From Anaerohalosphaeraceae bacterium (GTDB taxonomy: Bacteria > Planctomycetota > Phycisphaerae > Sedimentisphaerales > Anaerohalosphaeraceae), in NCBI GenBank assembly GCA_963675525.2, contig CAXXSL010000011.1, forward strand, positions 448,001 to 512,000: a stretch of DNA of 64,000 nt, in the 5' to 3' direction. The position numbers were made by a program, and so were the translations under genes. Of this stretch, positions 31,087-38,514 are shown piece after piece (the stretch's first letter is position 1; each line of letters opens with the position of its first letter). The notes under the pieces are model-generated. The model was not told the origin of the DNA. It worked only from the letters and a program-made list of their open reading frames with translations, and ran no database searches.

Positions 31087-31647
31087 ATGCCGGGTTTAAT
31101 CATTGTAGGCGTTATTTTTCTGTTCATTCTGCTGATTCCCGTGTTGATGTATAACACGCTCGTCGGCAAGCGCAACCAGGTACACAACATTTTCGGCACC
31201 ATGGACGCGATGCTCAAGAAACGCTGGGACCTGATTCCCAACCTCGTCTCCACCGTCAAGGGCTATGCCGACCATGAGCGCGGATTGTTTGAAGCCGTCA
31301 CCGAAGCTCGCGCCAAGGCCCAGTCCGGCCAGCTTGACAACAACCAAAAGGTCGGGCTGGAAAACTCGTTCATGCAGTTATTGGGCGTTGTGCGAGCAAC
31401 CGTGGAAAACTACCCGCAGCTAAAGGCCTCCGACAACTTCATGCACCTGCAGCGAACGCTGAACGAACTGGAAGAGCAGATTTCCGCGGCTCGGCGGGCT
31501 TATAATGCTTCAGTAACGGATTATAACAATTCCGTGCAGATGTTCCCGACCAATATCATCGCCGGAATGTTCAATTTCAAAGAAATGACCCTCTTCCAAA
31601 TCGACCCAAACGAACGCGAAAACCCGGAAGTTGGAAAACTGTTATGA
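31087..31647 (+). CDS. lemA: LemA family protein
   Basis: YNTLV..RN, LKKRWDLIPNLVSTVKGY, ENYPQLKA, ARRAYN, FPTNIIA; AAGGAG RBS. Confidence 0.93.
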   Translation: MPGLIIVGVIFLFILLIPVLMYNTLVGKRNQVHNIFGTMDAMLKKRWDLIPNLVSTVKGYADHERGLFEAVTEARAKAQSGQLDNNQKVGLENSFMQLLGVVRATVENYPQLKASDNFMHLQRTLNELEEQISAARRAYNASVTDYNNSVQMFPTNIIAGMFNFKEMTLFQIDPNERENPEVGKLL

Positions 31648-31720
31648 TTAAACATAGAAAACTACACAGACAGTATATAGGCTGTCAAATAGGTCGTATA
31701 CAAATAGGAGAAGAAAAGGA

Positions 31721-32422
31721 GTGAAGCATATACTGATAATTGCAATATTACTGATTCTAGTTGCTATATTCGCGTTTGGATTATTTAAGCAACCAGATAA
31801 TATTTTACATCCAACAAAACACGAAATTGACGGTATATTTTCAGATTGGTCAAACGAACAACTGTTTATCAATGAAGTAGGCGCTATCGGCCGTGGCGAC
31901 TCTCAAATCAACATCGATCTGAAGCAATTGTATTTGGACTATGATAATTCATTTTTATATCTATTCATAAAATGTGATCCGAGGCTTATGACGCATTTCA
32001 AAACACATCAAGCATCCGGAATATTGGCTTACTTATATTTAGATCATGACCAAAATAAAGACACAGGAGCCGACATAATTGACCACTCAGGCAACAAAGC
32101 CATGCTGGGTACAGAAACAAGAATTGTCCTTCCATTAGGTGTAGCAGTAAATCTTACATCCCAAAAAACTTCCTGCTCAGTCTCTTATGATATTTCCAAT
32201 TGGAATCCAGATACAGGTAAATTTGACCCAGAAAGCTTTTCTGCTGATTCTGATTTTTTGCGACCTGAATTAATTAGTTATACCGACGAGGGTATTGAAA
32301 TGGCCATTCCTTTAAAATCGTTGAGCTTATCTTTAGGCGATAAATTTAACCTTATTTGCTGTGAGTGGGCTAACAACACGCCCGGCAATACAAATCATAA
32401 AGAAATAATACTCCAAGAATAA
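31721..32422 (+). CDS. AT-rich membrane-anchored hypothetical protein, DOMON/CBM9-like fold
   Basis: N-terminal TM; 'IDGIFSDW', 'LYLDYDNSFLYLFI', 'YLDHDQNKDTG', 'IEMAIPLKSL'. Confidence 0.55.
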   Translation: MKHILIIAILLILVAIFAFGLFKQPDNILHPTKHEIDGIFSDWSNEQLFINEVGAIGRGDSQINIDLKQLYLDYDNSFLYLFIKCDPRLMTHFKTHQASGILAYLYLDHDQNKDTGADIIDHSGNKAMLGTETRIVLPLGVAVNLTSQKTSCSVSYDISNWNPDTGKFDPESFSADSDFLRPELISYTDEGIEMAIPLKSLSLSLGDKFNLICCEWANNTPGNTNHKEIILQE

Positions 32423-32460
32423 TTATATTATAATCTGTTTAATCTCTGGACAAAAATACC

Positions 32461-33429
32461 ATGAAAACACTGGATGAATTAAAGGACTTTTATCAAACTG
32501 AATTGACCGCCGATTTGCAGCAGTTGGAGGCCAGGCGCAGGCAGGTGGCGCAGAACTCGATGATTGCCGGCGGCGTTGTATTTGTTCTGGGGTTGATCAT
32601 TACCGGTGCCATCATGGCGCAGGGTGCTCCGCCGGTGGTGTTGGTATTTGTACTAATCGGCTGTATCGTTGTCGGCGCAATCGCATTCGCCATTATTGGG
32701 CGGGGTTACAAAGCCGAATTTAAACAGCGTATCATCAGCAAAATCATCGGATTCCTTGAGCCGGGGCTGACCTATCGGCCCGATGGGCTCATTGACAAAC
32801 ACACCTTCAAGGCATCGGCCCTGTTCAATCACAGTATTGACCGCTATAAAGGCGAAGACCGGGTACAGGGCATAGTCGGCAAAACCGACATCGCCTTTTC
32901 GGAGATCCATGCCGAATACAAAACCACCTCCGGCACAGGTAAAAACCGCCGGACCCAATGGCACACCATTTTTAAAGGCCTGTTTTTTATCGCCGACTTC
33001 AACAAACATTTTCGGGGGCAAACAGTTGTCCTGCCGGATACGGCGGAGAAGTTGTTCGGCGGTTTCGGCAAAATGCTGCAATCGTGGAATGCCGCCCGCG
33101 CCGACCTGATTAAACTGGAAGACCCGGAATTTGAACGGGAATTTGTCGTGTACGGCAGCGACCAGATCGAAGCCCGCTATATTTTATCACCAGCCCTCAT
33201 GCGGCGGATTCTGGACTTCCAACGCAAAACCGGCACCAAAATCCATCTGTCTTTCACCGGTTCAAACGTCTATGTCGCCCTGCCCATGGCCAAAAACTGT
33301 TTCGAGCCGAAATACTTTGCTGCGGCTGACGATTTTACCGCCATCGCCGAATATTATCACGACCTGAACCTGGCCATCCGTATTGTCGAAGACCTGAACC
33401 TGAATACCCGTATCTGGACGAAAGAGTAA
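32461..33429 (+). CDS. DUF3137 domain protein
   Basis: 'GED...G', 'TIFKGLFFIADFNKHF', 'LEDPEFEREFVVYGSDQIEARYILSP', 'LNLNTRIWTKE'; usual lemA neighbour. Confidence 0.85.
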   Translation: MKTLDELKDFYQTELTADLQQLEARRRQVAQNSMIAGGVVFVLGLIITGAIMAQGAPPVVLVFVLIGCIVVGAIAFAIIGRGYKAEFKQRIISKIIGFLEPGLTYRPDGLIDKHTFKASALFNHSIDRYKGEDRVQGIVGKTDIAFSEIHAEYKTTSGTGKNRRTQWHTIFKGLFFIADFNKHFRGQTVVLPDTAEKLFGGFGKMLQSWNAARADLIKLEDPEFEREFVVYGSDQIEARYILSPALMRRILDFQRKTGTKIHLSFTGSNVYVALPMAKNCFEPKYFAAADDFTAIAEYYHDLNLAIRIVEDLNLNTRIWTKE

Positions 33430-33432
33430 TTT

Positions 33433-34029
33433 ATGAAAATATGTGTCATTCTTGCTCACCCCGACCCGAAAAGTTTTAACGCCGCTATTGCAGAAACCGC
33501 CGTGGAAGCGTTGAAAGCAAACGGACATGAAGTCATCTTTCATGACCTGTACGGTGAAAAATTCGACCCACTGCTCTATCACGCAGAGTTCACAAAAGAC
33601 GCAACCCTTCCCGAAGACATTCGTCTGCACTGCAACCATATCGCCAACGCAGACGGGATTGTGATTATCCACCCCAACTGGTGGGGACAGCCCCCCGCCA
33701 TTTTAAAAGGCTGGGTGGACCGCGTCATCCGCCCCGGCGTCGCTTATATGTTCGATGAAGGCGACGCCGGCGAAGGCGTACCCGTCGGATTACTCAAAGC
33801 CCATACCGCCGTTGTCCTGAATACCTCCAATACATCCGCCGAACGTGAAGAAAATATCTTCGGCGACCCGCTTGAGCGTATTTGGAAAGACTGTGTCTTC
33901 GACCTGTGCGGCGTGAAAAATTTCCATCGAAAAATGTTTCGCATCATCGTCACCAGTACCCCCGAACAGCGAAAACAATGGCTCCTTGAAACAGCTCAAA
34001 TGATGAACCGTTTTTTCCCACAACATTAA
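33433..34029 (+). CDS. NAD(P)H-dependent oxidoreductase, flavodoxin-like fold (Flavodoxin_2)
   Basis: ILAHPDPKSFN, HPNWWGQPPAILKGWVDRV. Confidence 0.9.
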   Translation: MKICVILAHPDPKSFNAAIAETAVEALKANGHEVIFHDLYGEKFDPLLYHAEFTKDATLPEDIRLHCNHIANADGIVIIHPNWWGQPPAILKGWVDRVIRPGVAYMFDEGDAGEGVPVGLLKAHTAVVLNTSNTSAEREENIFGDPLERIWKDCVFDLCGVKNFHRKMFRIIVTSTPEQRKQWLLETAQMMNRFFPQH

Positions 34030-34035
34030 GTCTGT

Positions 34036-34075
34036 CAAAAAACTGAGCCCCAAACACGTTATGTTCGGAGCTCAG
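34036..34075. terminator. Intrinsic terminator between converging genes
   Basis: CTGAGCCCCAAACA...TGTTCGGAGCTCAG preceded by an A-tract. Confidence 0.55.
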
Positions 34076-34124
34076 AATTAGTTGTCAGAGATTTAATCGG
34101 CCTGTTGCCGGAGATGGCCCGATA

Positions 34125-34436
34125 TTATTGAGCAGCATCTGCCTTTTTACAGCTTCCGCCTTCGGCTTTTTTGTCTTTCGTGCAACTTCCTTCTTCCTTT
34201 TTGGTCTCGCCGGCCTTACAACCGTCCTCTTTATCACATGTGCCCTCTTTACAACAGCTTTTTTTCTCTTCTGATTTTGCTTCGCAACTGCCGCAGTTCA
34301 TGGAGCTCGCCTGTGAATTTGCACTGTCCCACGATAGATCAACTGCTGAGCGGTTATCAATTTGGGCCTGTGCTGAAACGGCCATGAGTGCTACTGCCAT
34401 AACTAAGACTGCTAAAGTTGTCATTCTTGCCTTCAT
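34125..34436 (-). CDS. Small secreted Cys/Lys/Glu-rich protein
   Basis: Signal peptide ending AQA; tail CGSC..SCC.EGTC..DGC..EGSC..EGGSC; AAAGGGA RBS. Confidence 0.65.
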   Translation of the reverse strand: MKARMTTLAVLVMAVALMAVSAQAQIDNRSAVDLSWDSANSQASSMNCGSCEAKSEEKKSCCKEGTCDKEDGCKAGETKKEEGSCTKDKKAEGGSCKKADAAQ

Positions 34437-34676
34437 TGTCTGTCCCTTTCTTTCTGTTTTGGATTTTCGTATTTATTGATCATAACTTAGCTCTATCTAC
34501 ACTCTACAAGTGAATATAGTTCACTGATTAGTTACAAAAAATATTAAAATAAATACTTTATCGTGCATAAGCGGCTTTTAATGCTTGAATTTAATTTTTA
34601 GTATAAAAAACTCATATTTCTATGATTGTGACCAAGAGACATCTTTTTTTGTTTTATTAATTATCCCAAATGACTA

Positions 34677-34705
34677 TTGACAGAATAATTATTGCTGTAT
34701 ATCAT
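34677..34705 (+). promoter_or_regulatory. Sigma70 promoter
   Basis: TTGACA-17 bp-TATCAT. Confidence 0.6.
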
Positions 34706-34761
34706 CCTGCCCCTGTTATACAATAAAAGCAAAATGGCCATATTAAAAGGGAGTTAATAAT

Positions 34762-35037
34762 ATGAGTTTTGAGATTAATAAAAACGGTACCGTGCGGTTT
34801 GTATTCACTCCGGCAACCCCCGTCAAGAAAGTCTGGCTGGCCGGTAGTTTCAATGGGTGGGATCCGGAAACAATGCGGAAACAAAAGAACGGTCAATACG
34901 TTCGTAAAGTGGACGTTCCGTGCGGGGTACACCACTATAAATTTATCGTGGATGATACCTGGCAACACGATACGGATAATGACGCATGCCTGCCAAACGA
35001 GTTAGGAACATTAAACTCAGTGATCATTGTGGAATAA
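34762..35037 (+). CDS. Stand-alone glycogen-binding domain protein (CBM48/AMPK-beta-like)
   Basis: VWLAGSFNGW, HHYKFIVDDTW, PNELGTLNSVI. Confidence 0.85.
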   Translation: MSFEINKNGTVRFVFTPATPVKKVWLAGSFNGWDPETMRKQKNGQYVRKVDVPCGVHHYKFIVDDTWQHDTDNDACLPNELGTLNSVIIVE

Positions 35038-35055
35038 ATCCGCCTTCTCTAAAAA

Positions 35056-35514
35056 TTAATGGCGAGAAGGCTTCCTGTCACGTGATGGATCCCTGTCGCG
35101 AGAATTGCCGGATGTTGACTGAATTCTTCTGCGGCTGGTACCACGGGAAGCGGGTCGGGGTTTTTCTTTGCCGGTAATTTCGCCTCTCATTAACTGCAGT
35201 GATTTCAGACAAACCGCTTTTGTTGTACGATCCTGATGCTTTAGGCCCTGTTCGAGCGCCTCGACGGCAATTTTCTTCATTCTGCCCTTCATGTTCCTTA
35301 AACCATAAGCCGCGGCCTTTTTGGCATTTCTCGAATAGTTGCCGAAAAGGGCTTCGCTGAGAACGGCAAATCCGTCCTCCTGGAGCCATGAAAGACGATA
35401 GGCAGCCACTCGCGCGGCTGAAATGTTGCTGGAGAACATTTTCTCTCTGAGATTTCTCAGCAGTTCGATTGTCGCCGGATCCCTCTGACGCTCTGATGGC
35501 TTGCTATCAGACAT
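35056..35514 (-). CDS. Hypothetical HEAT-like protein with basic tail
   Basis: 'ARVAAYRL', 'KKAAAYGL', 'VEALEQGL'; GGGAG RBS; own promoter TTGACC-17-TATGAT (35541-35569). Confidence 0.6.
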   Translation of the reverse strand: MSDSKPSERQRDPATIELLRNLREKMFSSNISAARVAAYRLSWLQEDGFAVLSEALFGNYSRNAKKAAAYGLRNMKGRMKKIAVEALEQGLKHQDRTTKAVCLKSLQLMRGEITGKEKPRPASRGTSRRRIQSTSGNSRDRDPSRDRKPSRH

Positions 35515-35873
35515 TTTAAATCTCCCTATTTATCTGACAAATCATATAGCCCCGCACCCCACAGGTCAAGCAGTAAATTAACTGCTCGGCACCCTGTCCA
35601 CTTCCTCATACAGGCTTAAACTGCCGTCGGTTCACCAGAAAACGAAAATACCCACCGAATCGGTTAGCAACGGGCCGCTCCGCAACAGGGGCAACGGTTT
35701 TTGTTAATGAAATAAACCGCATGCGACTGTTTTAAAGGACATTCCAATTCTTCCCTGGGCTGCAAGAGAAGAACAGAATGATCAATCTTTCTTTTTCCGG
35801 AAAAATACCGTTTCAACAAGTTCTTTTCGGGACTCATCGTAATCACGAAAAACCATCCTCGCTGACGATAAAT

Positions 35874-35991
35874 AAAAAAAACACTGCAGGCACACCTTCT
35901 CACGTGCCGACAGTGGCATCATCTATCGATCCAAAATAAAATTCTTCGTTTTTCTCCCACTTCTCCCCTCTCGCTCTCAAGAACAAGACGT
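35874..35991 (-). ncRNA. Candidate small RNA (~118 nt)
   Basis: Promoter TTGAAA-17-TATAAT (36025-35997), 5' hairpin, purine-rich core, terminator CACTG..GGCAC...GTGCC..CAGTG-T8. Confidence 0.45.
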
Positions 35992-36299
35992 ATTTTATTA
36001 TAGTCCCCCAAAATACTTTTTTCAAGGGACATTTGAAAATTCGTTAAAAATGCTGAATAGACGACCAAAAAAATGGTGAATCACCTGGAAATAAGAACCT
36101 TAACCACTTTAGAATAAAGCAGTTAGGTCGAGATTGGACAATGGGAATTAAACCTTCTTACCGAGATGGCATTTTCCATGGTTTTCGAGTGATCACATTA
36201 TAAAACTTACACTTTTTGCTTGTATCGTCTTTTCCAGTTGAAACCGTTATCCTTTGATTCGACTTGACGCTACCGGTCTTGCTGGTTTATAATCACATC

Positions 36300-37043
36300 A
36301 TGGTGAAGTTTTCGACTCTCATTCTGATGAGTTCTCTTTTTTTGGCGGGGTGTCAAAACCCTACGTCAGCACCGGACAGCCATTACGGACAGGTATCCCG
36401 CCAGATCGAACAATTAAAGACCACCGCAGACATCGGCGACAATATTAAAGTGGTTGTCAATTCCCTGACCGTCAGCAGCGAGGATGCATTCTCGATCGAT
36501 ACGTTATGGCGCTATGCCGACAAAAACGTAACGATCACCAACCGGCCAGACGTATACGCCCGGTCGGGTCTGCAGATCGGCCTGGCTGGTGAGAATTTTA
36601 AAGCCCGGATCGATGTCACGAAACAGCAGTTGAAATCTTCCGAAGAAAGTGAGATTTTCCTGGTGCTGGCTGATGGCAGTACCGGCTACATCAGCATTGG
36701 ACAGGTAATTTCCGTTCCGCGATTTTACTATTCAGGACGATGGTATTCCGGGGTCGCATATGAATTTCGGCGTGCCGGACGCTCACTCGAGGTGGCGGTT
36801 CGAAAGCTTCCCTCCGGCTTGATCGATATTGAACTGACCCCTGTTTTCTCCCGATTTCTAAATAATGGGGGTGATTTAAAACTGACCGAACTTTCCACAC
36901 GGGTCATGGTTCGTCCCGGACAGACGATCATGATCGGCGGCGGCAACACCCAAGAGGAAAACGTCGCAACAGCCTTATTCAGTTACAGCAAAACGGGCCA
37001 GACAAAACAAACACTTATCACCGTTACGCCCTATACCAACTAA
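36300..37043 (+). CDS. Lipoprotein with secretin-like C-terminal region
   Basis: Lipobox LAGC; 'IELTPVFS', 'LSTRVMVRPGQTIMIGG', 'LITVTP'. Confidence 0.6.
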   Translation: MVKFSTLILMSSLFLAGCQNPTSAPDSHYGQVSRQIEQLKTTADIGDNIKVVVNSLTVSSEDAFSIDTLWRYADKNVTITNRPDVYARSGLQIGLAGENFKARIDVTKQQLKSSEESEIFLVLADGSTGYISIGQVISVPRFYYSGRWYSGVAYEFRRAGRSLEVAVRKLPSGLIDIELTPVFSRFLNNGGDLKLTELSTRVMVRPGQTIMIGGGNTQEENVATALFSYSKTGQTKQTLITVTPYTN

Positions 37044-37112
37044 CGGGAGTCGAGACTGATTGACGCCATTGTGACTGGAAAATGTCATAATAATTAAGGC
37101 AAGGAAAAACGT

Positions 37113-38222
37113 ATGATGTACAAAGTGGAAAATTTCATCGCAGCGGCGGAAAAGTACGAAGCTTCCGATATTCATCTGACAACAGGCGAACATCCGCGCA
37201 TGCGGATCAATGCGAAACTTAGAACGATTGGAGGCGAAGAGGCTGTTCTTACCGAAGAAAACATACTGAGCATTATACAGTCCACACAACAGGGAGGTCA
37301 AAAGGAACGATGCATCAAACTCCTTCAGCAAAACGGCTCTGTCGATTATTCATACGAGGTATCCCTGGAAGGAAAGCCCCTGCGATATCGCTTCCAGGTC
37401 TATCGTTCCATGGGGAAATTTTCGATCGCCATGCGGCGAATCCGTTATGAGATTCCTACATTTGAACAACTGCACCTTCCGCCCATCTATGAAGCCGTCA
37501 TAAAGAATGCCGAACAAAAAGGAATCATTATCGTGGGCGGCGAAACCGGAAGCGGCAAATCATCCACCCTAGCAGCCATGATCGGCTACATCAGCAGACG
37601 AGCCGACAAACACATTGTAACCATCGAAGATCCTGTCGAATTCGTCTTTCGAGAATCAAAAGGACTGGTCCATCAGAGGGAAATGGGGTTGGATTTTCCA
37701 AATTACGCAGAAGCACTTCGTGCTGTCTTGCGAGAAGACCCGAATATCATCATGATAGGAGAAATGAGAGATGCCGACACGGTGCACGCGGCCATAAAAG
37801 CCGCCGAGACAGGGCATCTTGTACTCACGTCTCTCCATACCGCTACGGCAGCCTGGACGTTTAGCCGAATCCTTAACTTTTTCAAAGAAGCCGAGCATGA
37901 TGCCGTCAGGTTGAATCTGAGTTATAATCTGCTGGCAATCATGAACCAGATGCTCCTGCCGTCAGAAGAAGAAAGTATCGGTGTTATTCCGGCAACAGAA
38001 GTTTTTATCAATACACCGTCGGTCAGGCAGTACCTGAAAGAAAAAGATAAGGAATCCCAGCTTTCCGATGTCATCAAAGAGGGCCACGATGGGATGCACA
38101 GCTTCAATATGTCTTTAGCGCGTCTGATCAAAGACGGCCATATCGGAATAACGCAGGCGAAGGCCTGCTCGCACAATCCGCAGGAGCTTGAAATGCTTGT
38201 TAAGGTGACTGAAACCCGATAA
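37113..38222 (+). CDS. pilT: PilT/PilU-family type IV pilus ATPase
   Basis: ASDIHL, GETGSGKS, TIEDPVE, LREDPNIIMIGEMRD, AAETGHLV..SLH. Confidence 0.9.
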   Translation: MMYKVENFIAAAEKYEASDIHLTTGEHPRMRINAKLRTIGGEEAVLTEENILSIIQSTQQGGQKERCIKLLQQNGSVDYSYEVSLEGKPLRYRFQVYRSMGKFSIAMRRIRYEIPTFEQLHLPPIYEAVIKNAEQKGIIIVGGETGSGKSSTLAAMIGYISRRADKHIVTIEDPVEFVFRESKGLVHQREMGLDFPNYAEALRAVLREDPNIIMIGEMRDADTVHAAIKAAETGHLVLTSLHTATAAWTFSRILNFFKEAEHDAVRLNLSYNLLAIMNQMLLPSEEESIGVIPATEVFINTPSVRQYLKEKDKESQLSDVIKEGHDGMHSFNMSLARLIKDGHIGITQAKACSHNPQELEMLVKVTETR

Positions 38223-38514
38223 CTCCAAATGGCATTAAAAAGTAAAGCCTATAGGTTATTGCGAACAAAACCATTCCTAAAACTCTGCAAGAACCATCAA
38301 GCAGTCATCCGGTCAAGTCGCTTATGCGCCCTGTTTTTGTTCAAAAAAACTGTGTCTCTATTACAACTCATCAAATACTCTGATCTAACTGAGAACCCTG
38401 CCAGGATCTAAAAAGATTAATGGTGATGTCTCAGGATATCTCAAGTGACTTGAACGAAAATTAGCAATGACAATTATATCAAGAACGGCGTATATTGATG
38501 CTCTCGACTCCATT

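Noticed and set aside
35515..35870. Riboswitch upstream of the HEAT-like gene
   Set aside because: Hairpins are present but no cobalamin, c-di-GMP, TPP or SAM core was recognised, and the gene has its own proximal promoter.
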